This document shows positions 38,559 to 48,408 of a DNA stretch of 64,000 nucleotides, piece after piece. The notes beneath the pieces are model-generated. The model was not told the DNA's origin. It worked only from the letters and a program-made list of their open reading frames with translations, and did not search any database. Positions within the stretch are counted from its first letter, which is position 1. Every line of letters starts with the position of its first letter. Where the stretch lies: sequence record MT596505.1. The stretch is one strand, 5' to 3'. Position numbers and translations under genes: made by a program. This stretch comes from Staphylococcus phage vB_SepM_BE08.

Positions 38559-38845
38559 CTAAGTCTTTCATTTGCTTCTTCTAAGTATTTCATAGGTTTA
38601 ATCTTAAGTACTTTCTTACTAGGTATAGTATAGTACTTCTTATCTAATCCATTCCATGCTCTTTTTTCTGGTTTTTCAATTACTTCTATTTGATATAATT
38701 TATGATTTTTTATTTTTTCTTGCCCTTCGTCAATGAAATCAACGATAGCTTTTGATTCTGCTTCTAATATTTCTTCTATATCCTGTATGTAGTATCCTGT
38801 TTCCTCTGATATTCTTCTAGCTATATCTTTTCTATTTACTGTCAT
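38546..38845 (-). CDS. HU/IHF-family DNA-binding protein (99 aa)
   Basis: N-terminal NRKDIARRISEETG and C-terminal arm KPEKRAWNGLDKKYYTIPSKKVLKIKP match the HU fold pattern. Confidence 0.8.
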   Translation of the reverse strand: MTVNRKDIARRISEETGYYIQDIEEILEAESKAIVDFIDEGQEKIKNHKLYQIEVIEKPEKRAWNGLDKKYYTIPSKKVLKIKPMKYLEEANERLRETD

Positions 38846-38853
38846 TATTATAC

Positions 38854-39579
38854 CTACAGTTTAACATTCTTTTGTTTTTTTAATTTAGTTATCTCATTTG
38901 TAACATCTTGGTGGTCTTCTTCACTAGTAAGGATATAGATATACATTTTCCATACAGATAGAGATACTCTAATTCTTTCAGCAAAATCAATTTTATATTC
39001 AGGTTTTAGTACGTAACCTTCACCATCAAAATCATAAAATTTTTTTTGTTTTTCTTCAATTGTTCTTAGCTTAGGGAATGTTAAATGAACCTCATCAACA
39101 TTAGTTTTAATTGGATGTAAATTTCTAATAATTTCATAAGGATTTACATAAGGAAGTACTATTGAAATATCAATTATTACTTTAGTTCCCATAAAGGATA
39201 ATGCTATATTATCAATTTCTTTATCTGAAAAACGCTCACGCATTTTATAAACAACTGCTGAATTTTGGTTTGTAGATAAGTCTTTAAATACATAATAAGG
39301 TATAATAGAATCTGTATAATAGTAAACACCGCCTCCATGTTTACATACTTTCTCAATAAGCCTATCGTTATTATACTTCTCATTAAATAACATATAAGTA
39401 TTATCATCTTTGAGTATATATCTACTAGACTTAGTAGCTACCTTATCTAGATTTTTTTCTATATCCTCTTCATTTGCATGTGTTATTTTTATTGATTTAC
39501 TTATTTCTTTTTTATCTTTAGTATGAATATTGAAATATCTATCACTATTATATATAGTTAGTGTTTTATTTTTTGCCAT
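38854..39579 (-). CDS. Hypothetical protein (241 aa)
   Basis: ORF in the array. Promoter embedded in an inverted repeat upstream. Confidence 0.55.
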   Translation of the reverse strand: MAKNKTLTIYNSDRYFNIHTKDKKEISKSIKITHANEEDIEKNLDKVATKSSRYILKDDNTYMLFNEKYNNDRLIEKVCKHGGGVYYYTDSIIPYYVFKDLSTNQNSAVVYKMRERFSDKEIDNIALSFMGTKVIIDISIVLPYVNPYEIIRNLHPIKTNVDEVHLTFPKLRTIEEKQKKFYDFDGEGYVLKPEYKIDFAERIRVSLSVWKMYIYILTSEEDHQDVTNEITKLKKQKNVKL

Positions 39580-39587
39580 AAAAAAAC

Positions 39588-39636
39588 CTCACTTCTTTGT
39601 ATAAATTAATTATACCATAAAAGTGAGATTTATCAA
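39588..39636 (-). promoter_or_regulatory. Sigma-A-like promoter (TTGATA-16-TATAAT) embedded in a 7-bp inverted repeat followed by a T-run (terminator/promoter overlap)
   Basis: Arms ctcactt (39588-39594) and aagtgag (39621-39627). -10 at plus 39609-39614, -35 at plus 39631-39636. Confidence 0.45.
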
Positions 39637-39644
39637 AATTAAAT

Positions 39645-39968
39645 TTAAATATTTTCTAAATCTTTAAATTTCATAGGGTTTACATCGTCACCTTCTAAAG
39701 TAACTTTAAGTTCTCCGTTTTTAAAACAAAGTAACAAAGGAGTACTCATAACATTAAATTTCTCGATAGCTAACTCTCTATCCACATCTTCATCATCTAA
39801 ATTTAATGAGAAAATAGGTTTTGTAATATCTCCAGTATTTTCAAATTCAGGTAAGATATTTTTTAAAATCTCACATTTAGCACATCCGTCTTGTGAAATT
39901 AATACAATAGCGTCATCATTGTATGAGATTTTTGTATTTAAGTCTACTAAGCTTTCTAATTTTTCCAT
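39645..39968 (-). CDS. Thioredoxin-like protein (CxxC)
   Basis: CAKC active-site-like motif in ISQDGCAKCEILKNI. 107 aa. Position next to the nrd genes. Confidence 0.7.
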   Translation of the reverse strand: MEKLESLVDLNTKISYNDDAIVLISQDGCAKCEILKNILPEFENTGDITKPIFSLNLDDEDVDRELAIEKFNVMSTPLLLCFKNGELKVTLEGDDVNPMKFKDLENI

Positions 39969-40161
39969 ATTTATTCTTCATCCGTTGTCAAAAACTTATA
40001 AAACTTTATAAATCTTATTCCTTTTTCAATGTACCCTCTTTTGAGTATTTCATATACATAGATTACTTCTTATTACTCTACTTGAGTTTGTATGATACTC
40101 CAAAGGCTTAAATTCCCGTACAACGAACGGTACATATATTTAGTATCTTGTTTTTGATATT

Positions 40162-41271
40162 CTAAATATTGTAGTTAGCTAAATTAATACTTGCATTGAG
40201 GTCTCTATCAAGACTAAAACCACATTCACAGTTAAATATTCTATCTGATAGTTTTAGGTTTTGATTAATAGTTCCACAGTTAGAACAAGTTTTACTAGAA
40301 GGATAAAATCTGTCTGCTAGTATAACTTCAATACCCTTTCTTTTACACTTATACTCTAACTGTCTTCTAAACTCGTAGAAACCTTGTTTTTGTATTGCTT
40401 TAGCTAAATGCCTATTCTTCATCATACCACTTACATTTAAATCTTCTATAACAATTCTTCTAGGTTTGGTTTTCACGATAGAAGTTGTTGTTTGATGTAA
40501 ATGGTTTTTACGAATGTTAGACAATCTTCGTTGTAGGAGTTTAATTTGTTTTTCAAGTTTTATAATATTGCAAGTTTTGACAAACTTTCCTCCTTCTTTA
40601 TTTTTTTGATATTTACGAGATACCTTACGTTGCAATCTACGTAATCGTTTTTCTAGTTTTTTAACTTTTACTGTTTTATTTATGTTTCCATAAATAGTTC
40701 CATCAGAACATATTACTAATTCTTTTATTCCTAAATCAATACCTAGTGATTCATCAGTTAGTTCTTCGTAGATGTTTTCTTCTTCAATAGAAACACTTAT
40801 ATACCAATATTTACCATCAAAAGTAATTCTAGGATTATAATACTTAGTATTCGTTGGTAGTTGTTCTGATGTTTTAACCCAACCTATTCTTTGTAACAAT
40901 ACTAAATTTTCTTTTACTCTTAATCTATGTGTATCATTATAAAAACTAGGTTTTGTTTTCTTCTTATATTTAAACTTAGGAAATTTAGCTTGTCCTTTAA
41001 AGAAACGCTTATAAGAAATACAAGCATCTTTAACTGCTTGTTTAGGAATATTGTTACTAACTTCTTTTAGCCATTTATACTCTTCTGTTTTCTTTAACTG
41101 AGTAATTTCTTTACGTAAAACAGAATCTTGTATAAACTTTTTTCCTTGTTTATAATTTTCTTGTTGTTTTGCTAAAGTCCAGTTGTATATAAATCTTGCT
41201 GTTCCTGCTGATTTATATAATTGTAGCTCTTGTTGTTTAGTAGGTCTAAGCCTAACTTTTTTAGTTATCAT
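40162..41271 (-). CDS. tnpB: TnpB (IS605 OrfB) RNA-guided endonuclease homolog (369 aa), apparently intact
   Basis: RuvC-I GIDLGIKELV, RuvC-II IVIEDLNVSGMMKN, zinc ribbon CSNCG...CECG, RuvC-III DRDLNASINL. N-terminal LRPTKQQELQL..RFIYNWTL. Confidence 0.9.
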   Translation of the reverse strand: MITKKVRLRPTKQQELQLYKSAGTARFIYNWTLAKQQENYKQGKKFIQDSVLRKEITQLKKTEEYKWLKEVSNNIPKQAVKDACISYKRFFKGQAKFPKFKYKKKTKPSFYNDTHRLRVKENLVLLQRIGWVKTSEQLPTNTKYYNPRITFDGKYWYISVSIEEENIYEELTDESLGIDLGIKELVICSDGTIYGNINKTVKVKKLEKRLRRLQRKVSRKYQKNKEGGKFVKTCNIIKLEKQIKLLQRRLSNIRKNHLHQTTTSIVKTKPRRIVIEDLNVSGMMKNRHLAKAIQKQGFYEFRRQLEYKCKRKGIEVILADRFYPSSKTCSNCGTINQNLKLSDRIFNCECGFSLDRDLNASINLANYNI

Positions 41272-41311
41272 TATTTAGCCCACCTTAAGATATGTTATCA
41301 CCTCTACAAGT

Positions 41312-41340
41312 ATTATAACATATCTTAGGTAAAAATGCAA
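41312..41340 (-). promoter_or_regulatory. Sigma-A-like promoter (TTGCAT-17-TATAAT) upstream of tnpB; its -10 lies in the loop of a 13-bp inverted repeat
   Basis: -35 at plus 41335-41340, -10 at plus 41312-41317. Inverted repeat taagatatgttat/ataacatatctta. AAGGTGG RBS 8 nt before the ATG. Confidence 0.55.
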
Positions 41341-41374
41341 CTTAATTTATAAAAAAGTTATAAATTTATATTAA

Positions 41375-41686
41375 TTATCTTTCATCCTTTTCTAATAAAT
41401 TAATTACTTCTTCAAAGCTATTTACATTATAAACTATTGGATGTTCTAATCCTTGTGACTTATCTATAACTGTGAGTGCACTGTTATTATACCCTAAAAT
41501 ATAATTAGTACTCTTATAACTAAATTCTAATTGAAAAGAAGTAGACTCTGAATCAGGTCTAGTATCTTCTTTCTGATTAAGTATTTTAATAGGGTCGTAT
41601 AAGTCTTCTACATATTTGAAATCATCATACTTTTTAAACAAAGTCTCTGCTTTATTCATAAGTACTAATGCTTCTTTTCTATCCAT
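41375..41686 (-). CDS. Hypothetical protein (103 aa)
   Basis: ORF in the array. Confidence 0.55.
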   Translation of the reverse strand: MDRKEALVLMNKAETLFKKYDDFKYVEDLYDPIKILNQKEDTRPDSESTSFQLEFSYKSTNYILGYNNSALTVIDKSQGLEHPIVYNVNSFEEVINLLEKDER

Positions 41687-41725
41687 AATAACTTTCCTTT
41701 CTTATGTTATACTATAAAAAGGTTA

Positions 41726-42772
41726 TCATAAAAATTTATCTACTAAATCACTTTCATTATCTTCGATATTAAAATCATCATCTTTAATATCTTTAATATT
41801 AGTAGATTTTTCATAATCTGCTTTCCCACTAAAGAAATCTACGTGTCTCATTCTACCTACATCAATTTGATTATTAACAATAGCATTAAAAGGTTCTGGA
41901 TGAAAATAATCTTCTTTACCTAAATTAGATAAGGCTCTATTAAAATTATATTCTACATATCTAATTACATCTTCAGTTAATCCTAAGTCATCATATAACA
42001 TATGTGTATATGATACTTCATTATCATATAATATGTCAAGTAATTTATACATTAATTTATCAGCTTTTTCTTTTTCCGTATCTGTTAATTGTTCATAATC
42101 ATATTGTGCTGTCAACCCTACTGCTGAACCATGATATGATTCATCTTGAGTTATTTTAAATATAACAGCTCCTGATTGTGTCATACGACCTTGACCTGCT
42201 AAAAGTAAAGGGTAATAGAACCCGGAGTAGAATAAGGCACTCTCTAAAAACGCACTGGCAACTTTTGCCATATATCTATCAAAAGTAGTAGGCTCTGGGT
42301 TTAGTAACTTTTTGTAAAAATAACCAATAAATTGAGCTTTTTTAATTAAGTGGCTTTCTTCTCTTACCCACTCATCTAATAAATAATTAGTTTCTTTATT
42401 ATTTAAAATAGTTGTAAATATATGAGAGTATGAACGTTCATGTACAAACTCCATCATACCCATATATCCAAAAACAGCTTTATAATGTCTTCTAGGTTCT
42501 TGATATGAAATAAGGTTCATACCTTCTCCGCCTTGTTTAGCATCTAAACCAGTTAACCCTGCTAAAACTTTTTTATAAGTTTCTCTCTCAATGTCAGAGA
42601 GTTCATTCCAAGAATTTAAATCCCTGGAAATATCGAACTCTTCAGGAAACCAGATTTGATTAACACCTTGGTTCCAATAAATCTCAGACATACCGTCTGA
42701 TTGTTTATTCCAATTAATTGGTTCTAATTTATCTTCTTTATTATTTAATTCTACTGCTTTTCTTAGTGACAT
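41726..42772 (-). CDS. nrdF: Ribonucleotide reductase class Ib beta subunit
   Basis: Ferritin-like di-iron motifs (MMEFVHERSYSHI; ITQDESYHGS). Likely start MSLRK at 42772 after an AAGGAAGG RBS, just downstream of the nrdE stop. Confidence 0.85.
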   Translation of the reverse strand: MSLRKAVELNNKEDKLEPINWNKQSDGMSEIYWNQGVNQIWFPEEFDISRDLNSWNELSDIERETYKKVLAGLTGLDAKQGGEGMNLISYQEPRRHYKAVFGYMGMMEFVHERSYSHIFTTILNNKETNYLLDEWVREESHLIKKAQFIGYFYKKLLNPEPTTFDRYMAKVASAFLESALFYSGFYYPLLLAGQGRMTQSGAVIFKITQDESYHGSAVGLTAQYDYEQLTDTEKEKADKLMYKLLDILYDNEVSYTHMLYDDLGLTEDVIRYVEYNFNRALSNLGKEDYFHPEPFNAIVNNQIDVGRMRHVDFFSGKADYEKSTNIKDIKDDDFNIEDNESDLVDKFL

Positions 42773-42786
42773 TTGTTTTCCTTCCT

Positions 42787-44904
42787 TTATACCGAACATG
42801 TTTCACATTCAATTACCTCTAACTTACGTGAACGTGTATAATATAATGATTTTAATCCTTTAGACCATGCATAGTAGTATAAACTTACTAGTTTATTTGT
42901 AGGTATTTCTGATTCAACATATAAAATTGTAGAAACTGCTTGGTCTGTATGCTTCTGAACCACAGCACCTGTATTTATGATTTTTTTATTATCTAATTTA
43001 TATGCTGTTTCATTATCGTAAAAGAATTGAGTAATAGGACTCAAGAAAGGCATAGGGTAATATGTTTCCATATCTCCATATTGTCTATTCTCAATCGCAC
43101 TAGGTACAGGCATAATGCTTGCTGTAGCATTTTGAACATATGAAATAGATTGTGTTGGAGCTTCCGCTCTTCTGTAAGCATTATATAAACCGTATCTTTT
43201 AACATCTTTAGCTAATTGTTCCCAATCATCTTGACTAGGGATATACACTTTTTCTAAAACTTCTTTAGCTTTTTGTGTTGTTGGTTCATTAGATTTATTA
43301 ATGTATGGTTTGAAATAATTACCATTAGCATACTCGGATTTTTCAAACCCTTTAAATGACTTACCTTTTTCTTTAGCAATGTGCATACTAGATTTAATAG
43401 AGTTATAGTTTATTGCACTATACAAGCTGTTAATGAGGTCTAAAGCTTCTAATGAACCATAACTAATCATATTTTTAGCTAAGAGTCCATGTAAATTAAG
43501 TGAACCTAAACCTACTGCATGTAATTCATCATTAGCTTTATTTACACTAGGTAAAAATGGTAGATACATCATATCAGTAACATTTGACAAAGAACGCATA
43601 CCCATATCAACTGACTCTTCAAGTAAACCTTTCTCTACAACATTTACTAAGTTTAATGATGCTAGTGTACAAATAACATCCCTACCGATATTATCTTTAT
43701 CAGATTCCATATAAGGATGTATATCTGATACTTCTTGTAATTGTGCTATTTCTGTACACAAATTACTAGCTCTAACTTTACCTATACCTTTTAGTGGGTG
43801 ATTATCATTTGCATTATCAATATAGAAAACGTAAGGATAACCACTCTCTAATTGAGTTTTAGCAATATCAGTCATTAAATCTCTTGCATTTAATTTTTTC
43901 TTCTTAATGTTATCATTTTTAATTAAATTTTCATACTCTTCATTAAAATCAATCTCATCTAAATGTTTACCTGTTACTTCATATAAATTAGAAGTATCAA
44001 AAGTGTATAATGGTCTATCATCTTTTACTAATTCCATGAACTTATTAGGAATTGTAACACCTAAAGATAAAGTATCTAACCTAACTTTCTCACTAGCATT
44101 AATTTTCTTAGAACTTAAAAAGTCTTCAATATCTTGATGAAATACATTTAAATAAACTACAGCTGAACCTTGACGCATACCTGCTTGGTTAAAGTGGCTT
44201 ACACCTTGTTCAATATTTTTAGCAAAAGGAATAACTCCCTGACTAGCGTTAGGGTTGCCTTGTACTGTAGCTCCTTTAGGTCTTATTCTAGACGCTTCTA
44301 CGGATACTCCACCACTATTTTTACTTGCATTTCGTACCGAGTTAGCTACAAAGTTAATAGATTCTATTGTATCATCTACAACAAAAATATAACAAGAACT
44401 TAATTCCCCTCTATTACCTTTACCTGAATGTAAATAAGTAGGTGTAGCTGGTTGTAATGTTTGTTCCATTAATTGAATAAGCATATCTCTAGCTTTAGCA
44501 TAATCATCTTGGAATAAATATAATGCTACTCTAACATTATGCTGTTCATAATCCTCTACAAATACTACGTTATCATCTTTATCATATTGAACCACTGCAT
44601 AGGATTCATAAAACTTTTGACAAGCCATAAAACTTTGGAATTTAAAATTAAAGCTATATGCTAATTCTGTCATCTCTTTAATAATAGTATCAGGCACGTT
44701 ATCTAATACTTTATCATAAGAGCCTTCTTTTGTCAATACTCTAACTCTATCTACTTCATTATCAAACTCTCTTGTATTAGACTTAACATAATCTTCATAC
44801 TCTTTTAGAGCTTCTTTATCTTTATATAATTTATTTTTACCATACTCATCCAGCTGGGTAATTTCGTTATTTAATTCAATCCATTTTCCATAATTCTTTG
44901 CCAT
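42787..44904 (-). CDS. nrdE: Ribonucleotide reductase class Ib alpha subunit (705 aa, uninterrupted)
   Basis: Active-site NLCTEIAQL. Length and order nrdI-nrdE-nrdF. Confidence 0.9.
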   Translation of the reverse strand: MAKNYGKWIELNNEITQLDEYGKNKLYKDKEALKEYEDYVKSNTREFDNEVDRVRVLTKEGSYDKVLDNVPDTIIKEMTELAYSFNFKFQSFMACQKFYESYAVVQYDKDDNVVFVEDYEQHNVRVALYLFQDDYAKARDMLIQLMEQTLQPATPTYLHSGKGNRGELSSCYIFVVDDTIESINFVANSVRNASKNSGGVSVEASRIRPKGATVQGNPNASQGVIPFAKNIEQGVSHFNQAGMRQGSAVVYLNVFHQDIEDFLSSKKINASEKVRLDTLSLGVTIPNKFMELVKDDRPLYTFDTSNLYEVTGKHLDEIDFNEEYENLIKNDNIKKKKLNARDLMTDIAKTQLESGYPYVFYIDNANDNHPLKGIGKVRASNLCTEIAQLQEVSDIHPYMESDKDNIGRDVICTLASLNLVNVVEKGLLEESVDMGMRSLSNVTDMMYLPFLPSVNKANDELHAVGLGSLNLHGLLAKNMISYGSLEALDLINSLYSAINYNSIKSSMHIAKEKGKSFKGFEKSEYANGNYFKPYINKSNEPTTQKAKEVLEKVYIPSQDDWEQLAKDVKRYGLYNAYRRAEAPTQSISYVQNATASIMPVPSAIENRQYGDMETYYPMPFLSPITQFFYDNETAYKLDNKKIINTGAVVQKHTDQAVSTILYVESEIPTNKLVSLYYYAWSKGLKSLYYTRSRKLEVIECETCSV

Positions 44905-44908
44905 TTAT

Positions 44909-45307
44909 CTATGCTCCAATCACTTTATAATTTTCTTTAAAGTAATTTAATATATTTTCTACTTCATTAAAATGTCCTGATTGCTCAACTTTAGCAATTA
45001 GAGGTATATTAAACATGTTAGAAATTGTTCTTCCTGCTCCACAGAAAAATTTACCCCATTGTTTATTTCCTGTTCCAATAACTTCTTTAGGGGGATGGTT
45101 ATTATTAATTAATTTTTTTATCTGTACAGGCATTTCACCTTTCATATATGTTGGTGTAATTAATATATAATCTCTATTAATAACTTCTTTACCTGTTTTA
45201 ACTCTTAATGTCTCAAATGAGTTATCAGGATTTATTTTATTTACTAACTTTTCTGTTTGACCTGTTCCTGAAAAGTAAACTATTAATGGTCTTTCTTTGC
45301 TTGTCAT
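44909..45307 (-). CDS. nrdI: NrdI flavodoxin-like protein
   Basis: 132 aa with a flavodoxin-like N-terminus LIVYFSGTGQTEKLV. Sits immediately upstream of nrdE. Confidence 0.8.
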   Translation of the reverse strand: MTSKERPLIVYFSGTGQTEKLVNKINPDNSFETLRVKTGKEVINRDYILITPTYMKGEMPVQIKKLINNNHPPKEVIGTGNKQWGKFFCGAGRTISNMFNIPLIAKVEQSGHFNEVENILNYFKENYKVIGA

Positions 45308-45324
45308 ATTGTATCTCTTCCTTC

Positions 45325-45936
45325 TTAAATATTATCAAGAAGGTTGTCTATCAACTTATCTTCATCTTTATTACTTGTTTCAGTTACCTTAGAATCAACC
45401 TTCTTATATGGAATTGTCTCAAATTCCGAATAGTGATTAATAATATAGCAAGGTTTAAATCCAGTCAACCCGTCTATCGTGGTTATTAAAACATCGTAAT
45501 AAAATTTATCTTCACGTATATTTTTGATAATAAAATCAGTTCTCATAACAGGATATTCTTCTTCTCTTAAGTCGTTATAAACTTCTTCAATATATGGTAA
45601 AGCAACATAAGTAGAAGCCCTATTTCTAGTAAAAATAAGACAAGGTACTTTTCCTACCTCGTCACTATCATTTACTACTTGTTGCCACCATGTATGTGGT
45701 TCTTTATTATTAAGCAATACGTTATCAATTAACCAATTTTCACGATGTTTACATTCTATAACAAGAGGAAAGTTAGAGCCTGCTGGAGTAACAATATCAC
45801 CTACTGCGTTATTATCGCTAGCCCAACTTGCTCCTCCTGATTGTGGAGAGCGGTTAAATTTCTCACCCCACCACTCCCCTAGAATTTTGGCTGTCTTTCT
45901 CTCAAACGCATCGCCTTTCTTTTTAGAGTTAGTCAT
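45325..45936 (-). CDS. Hjc-type (archaeal-like) Holliday junction resolvase / PD-(D/E)xK nuclease
   Basis: KGDAFERKTAKILGE...GDIVTP...FPLVIECKHRE matches the Hjc E..D..E-x-K arrangement. Confidence 0.7.
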   Translation of the reverse strand: MTNSKKKGDAFERKTAKILGEWWGEKFNRSPQSGGASWASDNNAVGDIVTPAGSNFPLVIECKHRENWLIDNVLLNNKEPHTWWQQVVNDSDEVGKVPCLIFTRNRASTYVALPYIEEVYNDLREEEYPVMRTDFIIKNIREDKFYYDVLITTIDGLTGFKPCYIINHYSEFETIPYKKVDSKVTETSNKDEDKLIDNLLDNI

Positions 45937-46363
45937 TTTTAGGTGTCATTTTAACGACTTTCTCAGAATCTTCCTGTTTATCTGGTTCTTTATCTGGCTC
46001 AAAACTATCTTCTTGTTGTTTTTTAAACTCTTCTTGTTTATTTTGTAAGAATTCTTCACGTTTTTTATTTACTTTCTCAGATGCTTTTTTAGCTTGTTCA
46101 TCTGTAATACCTACTTCAGATTCTAATAAAACTAAAATTAAATCAATATAGTTCCATGCATTATCAATAATACCTAATAGTTCTCGTTGGTTTTGTTCAG
46201 AAATTCTTTGAGCAATTACAGTAGCTGTCTCTAAGTCTACTTGTTTTTTACCAATCTCTTGTAATTCTTTTTGTTGTTTTTGTGTAATTTCTGAACCTTC
46301 TGCTTTTGCTTTTAATAAAGTTGTTAACCATGTTTTTAATTCTGTTTCTGTTACTTTAGTCAT
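45929..46363 (-). CDS. Hypothetical coiled-coil protein (144 aa)
   Basis: ORF in the array. Confidence 0.55.
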   Translation of the reverse strand: MTKVTETELKTWLTTLLKAKAEGSEITQKQQKELQEIGKKQVDLETATVIAQRISEQNQRELLGIIDNAWNYIDLILVLLESEVGITDEQAKKASEKVNKKREEFLQNKQEEFKKQQEDSFEPDKEPDKQEDSEKVVKMTPKND

Positions 46364-46674
46364 TATTCATTCTCCTCTTCTTCTTTATCAATTTCTTCTA
46401 ATTTTTCTTGAATAAAATCAATCACATCATCATTAATCATATCAGCTTGTCTTAAAGCATCAATTAGGATATTGAGGTTCATATTATAACTTTCTTCAAT
46501 ATCATCTAACTGTTTAGATACTCCCATAGTTAAGTTAGTAATTGCTTTAGCTAAGTCTGTATAAGAAGCTGTTTTATCTTTTCCTTCTTCTTCTAATTGG
46601 TTAGCTCTTTGGTAGTTTTCTGTTGATTGAGCTGTAATATACGAATCAATAAACTTTAAAATATCTTTTTCCAA
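46363..46674 (-). CDS. Hypothetical protein (103 aa); TTG start
   Basis: TTG at 46674 preceded by AAAAGGAGG. Consensus promoter upstream. Confidence 0.55.
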   Translation of the reverse strand: MEKDILKFIDSYITAQSTENYQRANQLEEEGKDKTASYTDLAKAITNLTMGVSKQLDDIEESYNMNLNILIDALRQADMINDDVIDFIQEKLEEIDKEEEENE

Positions 46675-46703
46675 ATTGTTTCCTCCTTTTAATTCTTAAT
46701 TAT

Positions 46704-46732
46704 TATTATACCACAAATAATAATATTATGCA
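46704..46732 (-). promoter_or_regulatory. Sigma-A-like promoter (TTGCAT-17-TGgTATAAT) after the primase gene
   Basis: -35 at plus 46727-46732, extended -10 at plus 46704-46709. Confidence 0.6.
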
Positions 46733-46735
46733 AGT

Positions 46736-47791
46736 CTATTTGTAAAATTTTTGTTGTAATTTGTACCTAGAAATACCTTCTGGTGTAGCTAGTATTTTAT
46801 TATTTTTAATAATCTCTATAGCTTTCTTAACACCTAAACCATTAGCATCTTGTTTTCCATGAGGTACTACAAAAACATTTTTATGTGTTGTATATAATTT
46901 AGAAGCCAGTGATACATTTTGTGTTATAGTATCACTATCTAAAAATATAAATATTGGTGTCTCTTCATCTATATTTAACTTAAGTAGTCTTATTTGCTCT
47001 TCTGATACATGTTTACCTAATGTTGCTACACCGTATTTTCCGAATGTTAAAGCATCAAATACACCTTCAGTAATAATTACAAAAGACTGATTTTTAGCAA
47101 TGTTTAAGTTAAATACAATATCTTTTTTTCCTATATCATATTCATCTCCAGGTGCATTAAGTGTTTTAATATAAGGATTTTTTTCTATACTTCTAGTATT
47201 CCAATATTGATATTTGCCTTCGTTATCATAAGTAAAAAATATAACACTGTTTGTAAGTTTTATTTTCTCTCCCTTGTTAGCCTTCCAACACCATCCTTCT
47301 ATTATATAACCGATATTATAATTAACAATTTGATTATATGTTATACCTCTACTGTAAAGGTAGTCAAAGAATGGTTTAGCCTCAGTATTATTTACGTTAT
47401 CTTTTAAATATTTAAACCCAGTAGGTAATTCTGGAGGTTTGATACTTACTTGTTTTTTAGTAGTATCTACACCCCTCATCATTAAAATAAGTCGTTCACT
47501 TGTTGTTAGAGTATCGTCACCATAATCAACAATATTAAAATTATCTAATTCTATATCGTGACCTTCTAATATATCCTTAGCACCTTTACTACTAACGTTA
47601 AAATATGCTTTCATAAAAGTAAATGGATTACCTACACGTTCACATTTAAAACATATATATTGCCCTGTCTCTTCATGTACATAAAACTTATACTTTTTCT
47701 CCCCACAAAAAGGACAACAATATCTTTTTTCTCCTATTGTATTTTCTTTAGGTCTTCCTATTTCAGAAGTTAAAAAGTCTGTAAATTCCAT
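46736..47791 (-). CDS. DNA primase (zinc-ribbon + TOPRIM)
   Basis: CPFCGEKKYKFYVHEETGQYICFKC zinc ribbon. TOPRIM-like ITEGVFDALT and IFLDSD. Confidence 0.85.
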   Translation of the reverse strand: MEFTDFLTSEIGRPKENTIGEKRYCCPFCGEKKYKFYVHEETGQYICFKCERVGNPFTFMKAYFNVSSKGAKDILEGHDIELDNFNIVDYGDDTLTTSERLILMMRGVDTTKKQVSIKPPELPTGFKYLKDNVNNTEAKPFFDYLYSRGITYNQIVNYNIGYIIEGWCWKANKGEKIKLTNSVIFFTYDNEGKYQYWNTRSIEKNPYIKTLNAPGDEYDIGKKDIVFNLNIAKNQSFVIITEGVFDALTFGKYGVATLGKHVSEEQIRLLKLNIDEETPIFIFLDSDTITQNVSLASKLYTTHKNVFVVPHGKQDANGLGVKKAIEIIKNNKILATPEGISRYKLQQKFYK

Positions 47792-47802
47792 ACTACCATA
47801 AC

Positions 47803-48402
47803 CTATCTTACTTTAATTATTTTTTTCATAATAACTAACATATTATAAATCTTACCTAACATATCATAAGTGTAATCTGTTGAAGCATCTGTATGTTGTA
47901 ATGCTTCTGATACTTGTGTATCTTTACTTTTTAGATTAAACTTCTTAAGATACCTATCAGACAATGATTTCTTGTATCTTTCCAAAGAAACATCTTTCAT
48001 TGTATTTAACATAACTCCTACAATATCGAAACCTTCATCAACATCTTCTTGTGTAAATTTATCTTTAATTGTAGTAATACCATATTCTTCAGCTTTTTTA
48101 ATTACTTTCATATTATATTTTTCTACAATAGGATTATACCATGTATTTAAATTACATCTGTAACCCTCTTCTTTTTTTAATGAAGAATTGTTATCACTAA
48201 TACCATAAGATGTTGGTAAATAAGACCGTAATCTTTTTAATTCTAAAAAGTTTTTATCTTTTGCTAATTTATAATCATAAGAATTAGATAATGGATACCA
48301 ATTAATTATAGATTCAATAGGTGATTTAAATTTTACATATGAATCTTTTTTATGGTATACCATAACTTCTACTTCTTGTTTATCTTTAAATACTAATTTC
48401 AT
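47803..48402 (-). CDS. Hypothetical protein (199 aa)
   Basis: ORF in the array. Confidence 0.55.
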   Translation of the reverse strand: MKLVFKDKQEVEVMVYHKKDSYVKFKSPIESIINWYPLSNSYDYKLAKDKNFLELKRLRSYLPTSYGISDNNSSLKKEEGYRCNLNTWYNPIVEKYNMKVIKKAEEYGITTIKDKFTQEDVDEGFDIVGVMLNTMKDVSLERYKKSLSDRYLKKFNLKSKDTQVSEALQHTDASTDYTYDMLGKIYNMLVIMKKIIKVR

Positions 48403-48408
48403 ATTTTC

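Larger units (their letters stand above)
39969..41374 (-). mobile_element. IS200/IS605-family TnpB-only (IS1341-like) element inserted between nrdF-hyp and trx; exact ends not determined
   Basis: Contains an intact tnpB, its own TTGCAT-17-TATAAT promoter, and a 13-bp perfect inverted repeat (41286-41328) upstream. A GC-rich hairpin ccgt-N7-acgg sits in the 190-bp 3' flank where an omega-RNA would map. Confidence 0.65.

Noticed and set aside
42773-42799. nrdF track start MFGIKEGKQ overlapping the nrdE stop
   Set aside because: The internal ATG at 42772 follows an AAGGAAGG RBS and lies just past the nrdE stop, so the extension is unlikely.
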